Source: a virus (Duplodnaviria > Heunggongvirae > Uroviricota > Caudoviricetes). From it: DNA of 27,795 nt. The notes under the pieces were generated by a model, which was given only the letters and a program-made list of their open reading frames with translations, ran no database searches and was not told the origin of the DNA. The stretch's first letter is position 1. Each line of letters opens with the position of its first letter. Below, piece by piece: positions 1 to 7,723 of this stretch. The position numbers and the translations under genes are program-made. The stretch lies in the IMG/VR virus record IMGVR_UViG_2703718828_000002, positions 1 to 27,795 of that record, one strand, 5' to 3'.

Positions 1-120
1 ATAAGTTGGAGTCATTACCGCATAAATCAACTAATTGAAATTACTAGAAATTATTTAGAAGCAGTAATCAATGGTTTTGATGACTATTTAAATAGAACAT
101 TGTACAGGACCGTCGCTTAG
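1..120 (+). CDS. C-terminal 39 codons of an ORF entering from upstream of the window; unknown product; convergent neighbour of the first cytosine methyltransferase
   Basis: Frame is open from base 1 to TAG at 118-120 (ending ...NYLEAVINGFDDYLNRTLYRTVA*); AT-rich like the adjacent MTase; a hairpin plus T-tract follows 16 nt later. Absent from the ORF track only because it is under 60 aa in-window. Confidence 0.3.
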   Translation: MSWSHYRINQLIEITRNYLEAVINGFDDYLNRTLYRTVA

Positions 121-135
121 AAAATATACGATCCC

Positions 136-161
136 ATGGCGTGCAATTGCACGCCATTTTT
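136..161 (+). terminator. Rho-independent terminator between convergent genes
   Basis: Perfect 22-nt palindrome ATGGCGTGCAATTGCACGCCAT (136-157) followed by T-run 157-161; lies between the stop of the partial ORF (120) and the stop of the minus-strand MTase (160-162). Confidence 0.5.
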
Positions 162-1191
162 AATTTGAAAGGTGCTTGAGAATACTTTGCCCAATGATCT
201 CGCCTAACCTTACCGGCACTGCATTTCCTATCATTCTTGCTGTTGATGCAATGTCCAAACTAGATTCTTTATCGAAAAATAAATAATCTTTCGGAAAACT
301 TTGCAGTATCGCAGCTTCTCTTAAGGAGATTGCCCTGTTTTGTTCTGGATGACCAAAGCGTCCATTACCAAAACCATAGCATTGTGTGGTTATTGTTGGA
401 CTTGGTTCATTCCATGACATCCTGCCATAAACACTTTTATAAAATTTTCCAGACTCTTTTAAGTGACAAGGTGCTCTCAAGTGTATCGGCCAATCATGCC
501 AATCGCCTCCGGGCTTTGAAGCTTTAATACGCTCCATGTTCAAAGGGCTAAGAGTAGAACATTTATGAAGTGGATCGCGCTTGTCACATTCTCCAGCATT
601 TAATGATGGAAGGCCAAATATTGCATCCTTAACAGTTACGTAATTTTTTTTGTTATGAGTCGGATCAATTATAGAGATAGGACCTAATTTGGATGCTAAT
701 AATACTAAACGTTTACGAGTTTGCGGCATTCCATAATCTGGGCAAAAAACGATCTTATAATAAACATTATATCCATGGCCTTCAAGGTTGTTTATGAAAT
801 CTTTAAATATGTCTTGTGTCATCAAGCCTGGTACATTCTCCATCGTGACGATAGAGGGTTGCGTTTCATCAATTAACCGCGAAAAAGAATATAATAATGC
901 CCATTTGTCATCTTTTTTCTTGTTTTTAGTTCTTCCATATGTTGAAAACGGCTGACAAGGAGCGCATCCAGCTAAAATCGTTACATCTGAATCTTTAAAA
1001 TGACTGAGGATCTGTTCACCCTTCAAAACGGTTATGTCTTGATTGATAAAAACTGCATTATTATTAAATTCAAACGCAAAACGGCAGGTTTCTTCAATAT
1101 CATAACCTGCTACAACATCAATGCCTGATTGCTTTAACCCATGGGTTAGCCCCCCGGCTCCGCAAAATAAATCTACTGCTTTGATTTTCAA
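160..1191 (-). CDS. DNA cytosine-5 methyltransferase (Dcm-like m5C MTase), copy 1
   Basis: 343-aa translation carries m5C-MTase motifs: DLFCGAGG (motif I), GCAPCQPFS (catalytic PCQ, motif IV), ENV (motif VI), QTRKR (motif VIII), GNAVPV (motif X). Start codon is TTG (rc of 1189-1191). AT-rich relative to the integrase next to it. Confidence 0.9.
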   Translation of the reverse strand: MKIKAVDLFCGAGGLTHGLKQSGIDVVAGYDIEETCRFAFEFNNNAVFINQDITVLKGEQILSHFKDSDVTILAGCAPCQPFSTYGRTKNKKKDDKWALLYSFSRLIDETQPSIVTMENVPGLMTQDIFKDFINNLEGHGYNVYYKIVFCPDYGMPQTRKRLVLLASKLGPISIIDPTHNKKNYVTVKDAIFGLPSLNAGECDKRDPLHKCSTLSPLNMERIKASKPGGDWHDWPIHLRAPCHLKESGKFYKSVYGRMSWNEPSPTITTQCYGFGNGRFGHPEQNRAISLREAAILQSFPKDYLFFDKESSLDIASTARMIGNAVPVRLGEIIGQSILKHLSN

Positions 1192-1223
1192 AATAATTCT
1201 CTATCTATTTTCAATTTATGCCT

Positions 1224-1260
1224 ATTATAACAGCTTTCATAAGCAACATCGATGATTAGT
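1224..1260 (-). promoter_or_regulatory. Candidate extended -10 promoter for MTase copy 1
   Basis: Minus strand reads TGtTATAAT (rc of 1224-1232), a perfect -10 hexamer with TG extension; the -35 region is poor. Sits in the 72-nt gap between the integrase stop and the MTase start. Confidence 0.3.
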
Positions 1261-1263
1261 TAT

Positions 1264-2457
1264 TCACATCATTTCTTTGACTTTGCTTCCCCACCATTTC
1301 ATAACTACAGCACGTTGTTCAAGGTATGTGCTACGGTTGTAGGCTCTACGTACCTCATTTTTGTCTGAATGAGCTAAGCAAGCCTCAATAACATCTGCGT
1401 TAAAGCAAGCTTCATTCATCGCGGTACTTGCTATAGAACGTAAACCATGCGCAACGAGCTTTCCATTATACCCAATACGTTTCAGTGCAGCATTCGCCGT
1501 TTGGCTATTCATCGGTTGCTTAGGATCATTCCTACTAGGGAATACGTGTACACGATGGGCACTGATAGGTTTCATTACTTCAAGTACCTCAAGTGCTTGA
1601 GGTGACAAAGGAACAATGTGCTCGCGTTTTGCCTTCATCCGCTCTGCTGGAATTGTCCATAGCTTAGCCTCAAAATCTATCTCTGACCATTGAGTACCGG
1701 AAGCTTCTGAGGGCCGTACGATAGTCAGTAGTTGCCATTCAATCAGGCAGCGAGTCGGGACTGATAGGTTTGACATAACCAATGATCGCATTAACTTTGG
1801 CAGTTCTTCTGGCCGCAATGTCGGCATGTTTTGCTTTTTAGGTTTCTCAAATGCCATACCAACACCTGATGCTGGGTTGCCATCAATCAAGCCGGTGTTA
1901 ACCGCATAAATCATTATCTCGTTGATGCGCTGCACCAGTCGACGTACAGTCTCAAGCGCCCCACGAGCTTTGATTGGCTCAAGAGCTTCAACCAGTGTAC
2001 GGGCTTTGATTTGCTGAACGGGGATCTCACCGATGGCAGGGAATACATCTTTCTCCAGTGAGCGCCAAATGTCTTTTGCGTAATCAGGAGTAACGCTTTT
2101 GCTTTTGAGCTGGAACCAGTTAGCGGCTACTGTTGAAAAAATACTGTCCAGTGCGATTTGCTGCTGTTCCTCTGCAACTTCAGCTTGAATTTGTGGGTCG
2201 ATTCCGTTGGCTAATAAAGCAAGGTAATTCGCTCTTAACCCTCGGGCATCAGCAAGCGAAAGGGCGGGGAAAGCACCTAGCCCCATCATTGTCCGTTGTT
2301 TTGTCGCCGGACGTTGATAACGAAAGCGCCAGAGCTTTTTTCCACTGGTTTTCACTATCAGGAAAAGGCCATTGCCATCATGCAGCGTTAGATCCTTCTC
2401 TAACGCTTTAGCGCGAAGAACTTCGGTATTGGTCAGGGGGCGTGTTGTCCGTGCCAC
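1264..2457 (-). CDS. int: P4/CP4-57-type tyrosine integrase (ssrA-targeting IntA-like)
   Basis: 397-aa translation beginning MARTTRPLTNTEVLRAK...LWRFRYQRP resembles P4-family integrases as recalled; GTG start (rc of 2455-2457) preceded by AAGGAG 8 nt upstream; the ssrA 3-prime core lies about 185 nt upstream on the same strand. Confidence 0.85.
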   Translation of the reverse strand: MARTTRPLTNTEVLRAKALEKDLTLHDGNGLFLIVKTSGKKLWRFRYQRPATKQRTMMGLGAFPALSLADARGLRANYLALLANGIDPQIQAEVAEEQQQIALDSIFSTVAANWFQLKSKSVTPDYAKDIWRSLEKDVFPAIGEIPVQQIKARTLVEALEPIKARGALETVRRLVQRINEIMIYAVNTGLIDGNPASGVGMAFEKPKKQNMPTLRPEELPKLMRSLVMSNLSVPTRCLIEWQLLTIVRPSEASGTQWSEIDFEAKLWTIPAERMKAKREHIVPLSPQALEVLEVMKPISAHRVHVFPSRNDPKQPMNSQTANAALKRIGYNGKLVAHGLRSIASTAMNEACFNADVIEACLAHSDKNEVRRAYNRSTYLEQRAVVMKWWGSKVKEMM

Positions 2458-2480
2458 TATGGCCGCTCCTTCATGAATTG

Positions 2481-2526
2481 GTATACGCTTTTAGGTATAC
2501 ATCCTACCGTATACCTAAACGTATAC
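2481..2526. repeat. Four phased GTATAC-containing repeats upstream of the P4-type integrase
   Basis: GTATAC at 2481-2486, 2495-2500, 2509-2514 and 2521-2526 (spacing 14, 14, 12 nt), each in a GG/CG-TATAC-C context, 24-70 nt upstream of the int start. Confidence 0.4.
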
Positions 2527-2574
2527 CAATAATCACCGGATTTAGCCAGATATTCTCGGACAAGGACAGACACA

Positions 2575-2591
2575 AAAAAGCCCGTAGGGCT
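2575..2591 (-). terminator. Rho-independent terminator downstream of the ssrA 3-prime fragment
   Basis: Minus strand reads GCCCTACGGGC followed by TTTTTT (rc of 2575-2591); about 50 nt downstream of the CCA end of the ssrA fragment. Confidence 0.45.
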
Positions 2592-2641
2592 TGTGCCGTG
2601 CGGGCTTTCTGTACTTCACCGGACGTATCCGGATCATCATT

Positions 2642-2686
2642 TGGTGGAGCTGGCGGGAGTTGAACCCGCGTCCGAAATTCCTACAT
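2642..2686 (-). other. ssrA: Attachment-site core: terminal 45 nt of the tmRNA (ssrA) gene, not an intact gene
   Basis: Plus strand TGGTGGAGCTGGCGGGAGTTGAACCCGCGTCCGAAATTCCTACAT is the reverse complement of the recalled enterobacterial tmRNA 3-prime end (...AUGUAGGAAUUUCGGACGCGGGUUCAACUCCCGCCAGCUCCACCA). The match stops at 2686 and the flanking sequence is unrelated AT-rich DNA. Confidence 0.8.
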
Positions 2687-2818
2687 ACCATTTTTACTAT
2701 AACAAAAACATGAACTTATGTTTAAAATCAGTATGTTAGTATTATTTTGTGTTTGTCTGTTTTACGCATTTTTAATGCTCTGCCGCCAAAATGCCGCCAC
2801 TGGTTTTGCTTGGGAGAC

Positions 2819-4339
2819 TTATTCAGGCTTTAATTTATTGATAATAGAATCTACCATTTTAATGCCTGCCTCATTGACTATGACTGAATTGACTACTCTA
2901 TCAAAATAGTCTTCTATATGGTGGGAAAATAGGAAAGCAGCACTTGATGGTTTTTTGTTCTTTTCAACTGCAGATTGCAAGACTTCATGAGGCGGAATTT
3001 TAAACCTTTTGCATGATGCAATGAGATATTCAAACTCTTCAAATGATAGACAAAAAATATTCTCTGTAGGGATATGATAGTTATGTTTAAACTTGTCATA
3101 TATCTTATTCATCTCATCTTTAGCATAAGTATTAGCTAGGATACTACCATTGCCTAAGAAAAGGTTTTTATATGTAATGCAAATGATATATGAGTTAGCC
3201 CTGAATGGAGCTATTATTCGCTCATTAGAGTATATTTCTCGATTAACTTCGTGAGATTGTTCGATTGCTTTTAATACCGATTTCTTTATTTTTCCTGCAA
3301 TATCCTCAGGGCGTAATGTTACCATGCCTTTTTGGTGTATCTCAACGCCTTTAGCATCAATGAAAATATTTGCCTCAGTATGTGGAATGAAATAATCAAC
3401 TACTTTATTATCTTTAGGTAGTCGTTCTTTAAGGTATTTTTCGTTATGAAAATCAATTTCGCTTTCTTTTAGTATTAATTCCAGTGCATTTTCAAATACA
3501 TTTCCAAAGCTATCCATGAACTTCTCGGCATCAGTTCTTCTTAAAAGATCATATATGAACGTCTGTATGCTTGTTGAAGTCAGTTGTGTGTGTATCTGAA
3601 AATACTCTGAACCTTTTTTTATTAATGGTTTTTCAAGGAAAGGTGATGATGAGTAGTATTCAAGCAAAGGTTTATCATAGGTTTTTGATTTGCAAAATGT
3701 AGATAGTTCATTGTAATTTATTGATATTGCATCAAGAAATTTCTCAATGGTATTTCTAGGAATGATGTCAAATAATATAGTAAATGTATCTACATTCATT
3801 TTTCTCACGGGATGCTCTTCTGTTATGTGAGTTATTAATATGTAAGATAGCTTAAGAAAGTCTTCTATAGATACATTCGTGATAGTAAAAAAACTTGTCT
3901 TTATTTTATGGTTTTTTTCAAGTTCTGAAAATAGAAAGACTTGTCTGCTAATTGTGTTTAGAGCGTCAATTTTCTGGTAGATTCCTTGTTGGTATAGATT
4001 ATTTCTAATGAAGAAATGCATGCCATTCTTCCTCTCAAGACCGATAGGAATAATGTTCAAGGTTTCATAAGTTTTTTGGAAGAGTTTTATTGCTTGATTT
4101 TTATCGAGGATTTTGAATTTTTTATTCTTGCCAGTTACTGACGCAGACCACTTTAGACATAAATTAACAATCCAAGGCATGTGTCGTAACATGTGGATAT
4201 TATCTTCAAATTTTTGTAAGTTATATTGCATACAGAATTCGATAAATAAATCAGGGGAATAACCTTGGATTTCTGAACGAATAGCATCCATTCTTAACTT
4301 TGCAACCGCATCAGATTGAATATCTAATTTTTGAATCAC
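2819..4339 (-). CDS. Hypothetical 506-aa protein; AT-rich cargo gene between the att core and the prophage integrase
   Basis: Long uninterrupted ORF with markedly lower GC than int; GTG start (rc of 4337-4339) with GGAG 9 nt upstream overlapping the int stop; no family recognised by eye. A weak D...DxK pattern (VVDYFIPHTEANIFIDAKG) is the only motif-like element noted. Confidence 0.65.
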   Translation of the reverse strand: MIQKLDIQSDAVAKLRMDAIRSEIQGYSPDLFIEFCMQYNLQKFEDNIHMLRHMPWIVNLCLKWSASVTGKNKKFKILDKNQAIKLFQKTYETLNIIPIGLERKNGMHFFIRNNLYQQGIYQKIDALNTISRQVFLFSELEKNHKIKTSFFTITNVSIEDFLKLSYILITHITEEHPVRKMNVDTFTILFDIIPRNTIEKFLDAISINYNELSTFCKSKTYDKPLLEYYSSSPFLEKPLIKKGSEYFQIHTQLTSTSIQTFIYDLLRRTDAEKFMDSFGNVFENALELILKESEIDFHNEKYLKERLPKDNKVVDYFIPHTEANIFIDAKGVEIHQKGMVTLRPEDIAGKIKKSVLKAIEQSHEVNREIYSNERIIAPFRANSYIICITYKNLFLGNGSILANTYAKDEMNKIYDKFKHNYHIPTENIFCLSFEEFEYLIASCKRFKIPPHEVLQSAVEKNKKPSSAAFLFSHHIEDYFDRVVNSVIVNEAGIKMVDSIINKLKPE

Positions 4340-4351
4340 AATAGGTCTCCA

Positions 4352-5365
4352 CTACAAATTATAAAGAGGATTTTTAGTCACCGCGTCTTCAAGGTGATCG
4401 GGCGAAAAGTGGGCGTAAATCATGGTCATTTTTATATCGGCATGACCCAAAATATCACGCAGTACCAGTATGTTTCCGCCGTTCATCATAAAGTGACTGG
4501 CGAATGTATGGCGAAGCACGTGGGTGCATTGGCCCTCCGGTAGGTCAATACCGGCCCGCTTTACTGCCCGCTCAAAGGCTTTTCTGCATGGCGTGAATAA
4601 CTTTCCTCTGTTTTTGGGGAGTTCATCATACAGATCCTGAGATATCGGCACAGTACGGTTTTTCTTGCCTTTTGTTTTTGTATAAGTAATTCGGTATTTC
4701 GATATTTGATGGCCCTGCAGATTTTCGGCTTCACTCCACCGTGCGCCAGTAGCCAGGCATATTTTTGCAATCATTAGTAAGCTAGGGCTTTGAGATTCAG
4801 CACATGCCGCCAACAGGCGCTTGATTTCGTCCGTGGAAAGAAAAGCCAGCTCACCTTCGGCAATTTTGAAGGTCGGAAGTCCTGCCAGCGGGTTTGGTGC
4901 TGACCAGTGTCCTAGTTTTTTTAATGTACCGAACACAGATGATAGATTGCGCTGTTCAAGGTTTACCGTGCGGGGCTTAACGGGCGACATCAGCGTGCCA
5001 TCTTCATTTCGCACTTCACCTTTTAGCCGTGCTTCGCGGTATTTCGTAAAGTCACCGGCAGTCAGCTCTGAAGCGATGGGATCGCCCAGACCATTACAGA
5101 TAATTCCAAGTTTCGCCATGAGTCGCTTGGGGTCTGCGAGTGTTTGACCATACAGGGAATACCACAGCTCAATTAATTCTGATAGGTGTCGCCGATCTTC
5201 CTTTTCTCCCAGCCAAGGTTTCTTGTTTACCTCGTCCATGGTGAAATTCTCAAACGCAATGGCTTCGCCTTTCGTCGCAAATTGTTTGCGTACGCGTTTG
5301 CCATCTCGCCCGTTTGGGTAGCATTCACATAACCACTTTCCGTTCGGCTGTTTTCTGATGGTCAT
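4352..5365 (-). CDS. int: P2/186-family tyrosine integrase
   Basis: 337-aa translation with C-terminal tyrosine-recombinase signature region (...HVLRHTFASHFMMNGGNILVLRDILGHADIKMTMIYAHF) consistent with R..HxxR..Y catalytic residues; ATG at rc 5363-5365 one nt after the repressor stop. Confidence 0.9.
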   Translation of the reverse strand: MTIRKQPNGKWLCECYPNGRDGKRVRKQFATKGEAIAFENFTMDEVNKKPWLGEKEDRRHLSELIELWYSLYGQTLADPKRLMAKLGIICNGLGDPIASELTAGDFTKYREARLKGEVRNEDGTLMSPVKPRTVNLEQRNLSSVFGTLKKLGHWSAPNPLAGLPTFKIAEGELAFLSTDEIKRLLAACAESQSPSLLMIAKICLATGARWSEAENLQGHQISKYRITYTKTKGKKNRTVPISQDLYDELPKNRGKLFTPCRKAFERAVKRAGIDLPEGQCTHVLRHTFASHFMMNGGNILVLRDILGHADIKMTMIYAHFSPDHLEDAVTKNPLYNL

Positions 5366-5366
5366 A

Positions 5367-5999
5367 TCAAAGGCTCTTAATGATTTTCAGTGCGCGGCCT
5401 ATTACCTCAATGTCATCCAGTTCGCACTCAAACGATGAATCATCCTGATGCACTACTAATCTGTTTCCCGGGAGTCGTGTCAATTTTACAATGCTTTTTA
5501 TCCCGTCGATGTCCACTAACCACGTACCATTTACTGGTGGTGTTTGGTTGCGATCTATTAAATAAGAATCACCAGAAGTAGTCACCAGCAGCAGGTTGCT
5601 TGAGTCTGAGGGGAGTATGCTGCTATCAATGATTGCTTTTCCAGCATCGATCAGCAAACCTCCGTTGAGAGTTGCCTTGTCAATTTCAGGAGATACAAGC
5701 TCCGAAAGAGGTTTAACTTTGCTAGAGTTCACGGAATTGATATTTTTTTTAGGGTCAATGTTTGAACCTGGATCGCCCTGTCCGGTAGTTAGCCACAGTA
5801 AAGAAACTCCTGTTTCCAAAGCGCACTGAATCACCCATTCTGCAGGAAAACTATCTCTTAAGTATCTGTTTGCCATAGTGCTTTTTGATGCGCCCAAGTG
5901 ATCGCAAAGTTGCTGTCTGGACTTGAAATCATAGGCTGCCATTAGCCTATGGATAGCCTCTCTTCCCCCTGTATTCTCGCCAGCTTTTACTTGTATCAT
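5367..5999 (-). CDS. cI: CI-type immunity repressor (phage 186 CI-like)
   Basis: 210-aa protein on the int strand, divergent from the apl/cII operon; motifs CALETG..LLWL.TGQG and LWLVDIDG...LTRLPG...FECELDDI match the 186 CI layout as recalled. Confidence 0.75.
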   Translation of the reverse strand: MIQVKAGENTGGREAIHRLMAAYDFKSRQQLCDHLGASKSTMANRYLRDSFPAEWVIQCALETGVSLLWLTTGQGDPGSNIDPKKNINSVNSSKVKPLSELVSPEIDKATLNGGLLIDAGKAIIDSSILPSDSSNLLLVTTSGDSYLIDRNQTPPVNGTWLVDIDGIKSIVKLTRLPGNRLVVHQDDSSFECELDDIEVIGRALKIIKSL

Positions 6000-6004
6000 T
6001 TTTT

Positions 6005-6065
6005 AATCCTGTTGACGTATCAAATATTGGATCGTAGTATCTTGGTGTATCAAATATTGAATCAA
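6005..6065 (+). promoter_or_regulatory. Immunity switch region: candidate rightward promoter with duplicated operator-like 13-mers
   Basis: TTGACG (6012-6017), 17-nt spacer, TAGTAT (6035-6040); the 13-mer GTATCAAATATTG occurs twice (6017-6029 and 6047-6059) overlapping the promoter; lies between divergent cI and apl. Confidence 0.4.
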
Positions 6066-6118
6066 ATAAAACAAGATAAAACGACGTAAACCAAACCTTA
6101 ATCGAGAGATACTGCACT

Positions 6119-6367
6119 ATGAGCAACGACATTTCAATTCGTGTACCAAAAGTGATGGCGACACCAGCTGAGTTCGCGGAATGGGAAGGCCGCTCTCGCG
6201 GTTCGGTATATCAAATGATTCATAATGGTAAACTCGCTAAATTCTTGGAAAGAAAAGAAAAACCGAAAGACAGAGTATGTATACGTTACCTTGAGTACAA
6301 AAAGGAACAAGTCAGGAAAAACATGGGCCAATCCAATTTCAACTTTAATGTCATCGTTGGTGACTAA
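6119..6367 (+). CDS. apl: Apl/Cox-like small DNA-binding regulator/excisionase
   Basis: 82-aa first gene of the rightward early operon, divergent from cI. Assignment is by position and size in the 186-type layout. Confidence 0.55.
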   Translation: MSNDISIRVPKVMATPAEFAEWEGRSRGSVYQMIHNGKLAKFLERKEKPKDRVCIRYLEYKKEQVRKNMGQSNFNFNVIVGD

Positions 6368-6399
6368 GTTCAATTATGAGAACTTTCTAAGGGGGCAGC

Positions 6400-6909
6400 A
6401 TGTTTGATTACAAGATTTCCAAACATCCGCATTTTGATGAAGCCTGTAGAGCTTTTGCACTACGTCACAATATGGCAAAGCTGGCAGAACGTGCAGGAAT
6501 GAATGTTCAGACACTGCGAAACAAACTCAATCCAGAGCAACCGCATCAGCTCACCGCACCAGAAATCTGGTTGCTTACCGATCTGACTGAAGATTCAACG
6601 TTGGTAGACGGTTTTCTGGCACAGATTCATTGTCTGCCATGTGTTCCGATTAATGAGGTGGCAAAAGAGAAACTGCCGCATTACGTCATGAGTGCAACTG
6701 CAGAGATCGGGCGTGTTGCTGCAGGTGCGGTATCTGGCGATGTAAAAACCAGTGCAGGTCGTCGTGATGCTATCAGCAGCATTAACTCTGTAACACGACT
6801 GATGGCGCTGGCGGCTGTTTCATTGCAGGCCCGTTTACAGGCTAATCCTGCGATGGCAAGTGCAGTTGATACTGTAACTGGCCTCGGTGCGTCATTCGGT
6901 TTGCTGTGA
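6400..6909 (+). CDS. cII: CII-like lysogeny establishment regulator (186 CII-type)
   Basis: 169-aa protein following apl; N-terminal region ...ACRAFALRHNMAKLAERAGMNVQTLRNKLNP has helix-turn-helix character; size and position match 186 CII as recalled. Confidence 0.65.
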   Translation: MFDYKISKHPHFDEACRAFALRHNMAKLAERAGMNVQTLRNKLNPEQPHQLTAPEIWLLTDLTEDSTLVDGFLAQIHCLPCVPINEVAKEKLPHYVMSATAEIGRVAAGAVSGDVKTSAGRRDAISSINSVTRLMALAAVSLQARLQANPAMASAVDTVTGLGASFGLL

Positions 6910-6916
6910 GGTGCTT

Positions 6917-7117
6917 ATGCTGACGAAAGAACCATCATTTGCATCGCTGCTGGTAAAACAAAGCCCGGCAATGCACTACGGTCACGGCTGGATCATGGGG
7001 GAGGATGGTAAACGCTGGCATCCGTGCCGTTCACAAGATGAATTGCTGGCAGAACTATCTACGAAAAAACGGGGGAACAAATGGCTATTGAAGGCGCTGC
7101 GGCGACTGTTCCATTAA
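6917..7117 (+). CDS. Hypothetical early protein (186 fil position)
   Basis: ATG at 6917 preceded by GAGG (6908-6911) right after the cII stop; the track start at 6887 lacks an RBS. Function not recognisable from sequence. Confidence 0.4.
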   Translation: MLTKEPSFASLLVKQSPAMHYGHGWIMGEDGKRWHPCRSQDELLAELSTKKRGNKWLLKALRRLFH

Positions 7118-7422
7118 GCCCCGGTGAACGCCTGAATGGACTTAACCATATTGCGGAGTTAAGGGCGAAAGTATTTGGCCTGAATATTGAGTCAGAGCTT
7201 GAGCGGTTTATTAAAGATATGCGTGATCCACGGGATATCAATAACGAACAAAATAAACGGGCACTGGCTGCTATATTCTTTATGGCAAAAATTCCAGCTG
7301 AACGTCATAGCATCAGCATTAATGAGCTGACCACTGACGAAAAGCGGGAGTTGATTAAAGCAATGAATCATTTTCGTGCAGTGGTGAGCTTATTTCCCAG
7401 ACGGCTAACCATGCCGAATTAA
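7081..7422 (+). CDS. Hypothetical early protein
   Basis: 113-aa ORF with GGGGGAA RBS upstream of ATG 7081; overlaps the previous gene end; no motif recognised. Confidence 0.5.
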   Translation: MAIEGAAATVPLSPGERLNGLNHIAELRAKVFGLNIESELERFIKDMRDPRDINNEQNKRALAAIFFMAKIPAERHSISINELTTDEKRELIKAMNHFRAVVSLFPRRLTMPN

Positions 7423-7489
7423 CCAACTAATGAAATTAATGGCGTAAACCCGCCGGGTATCCCTTTATCTAAATTCAGGAGAATTGATT

Positions 7490-7723
7490 ATGCGTAATAT
7501 TGAAACCCTCACGACTAAAACCGGACCGGATGATGCAGGGCTTAATATTTTACTGACAGAGGCTCGTCTGGAAGAACGCCGGGCAAGGGCTGAAGCAATG
7601 GCAGCTCGCCTTGATAGCCTGGCGTGTCATATCACATCCCGCCAGCTAAACCACGTCGAAGCAGCAGAACTACTGCGTGTAACTGCTGAAGCAATCCAGA
7701 ACGAAGCGCAGGAGATCCACTAA
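7490..7723 (+). CDS. Hypothetical early protein
   Basis: ATG at 7490 with AGGAG 8 nt upstream; the track start at 7484 is TTG; its stop overlaps the next start (TAATG). Confidence 0.5.
   Translation: MRNIETLTTKTGPDDAGLNILLTEARLEERRARAEAMAARLDSLACHITSRQLNHVEAAELLRVTAEAIQNEAQEIH

Larger units (their letters stand above)
1..2641. mobile_element. Edge of a second integrative element (P4/CP4-57-type island) abutting the ssrA core; body outside the window
   Basis: ssrA-type P4-family integrase immediately downstream of the ssrA 3-prime core and its terminator, followed by AT-rich cargo (MTase plus a truncated convergent gene). Confidence 0.5.

Noticed and set aside
330-527. 65-aa plus-strand ORF
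   Set aside because: Antisense inside the first methyltransferase gene; no support.
2442-2663. 73-aa plus-strand ORF spanning the int promoter repeats and the ssrA core
   Set aside because: Runs across regulatory repeats, a terminator and the tmRNA-derived sequence; almost certainly non-coding.
2642-2686. Possible intact tmRNA or tRNA gene
   Set aside because: Only the last 45 nt of ssrA are present; the sequence to the right does not continue as tmRNA. It is an attachment-site remnant, not an RNA gene.
2718-2909. 63-aa hydrophobic plus-strand ORF just right of the att core
   Set aside because: Overlaps the 3-prime end of the 506-aa minus-strand gene; no convincing RBS; in very AT-rich DNA where short open frames arise easily. 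Could be a small membrane peptide but not supportable.
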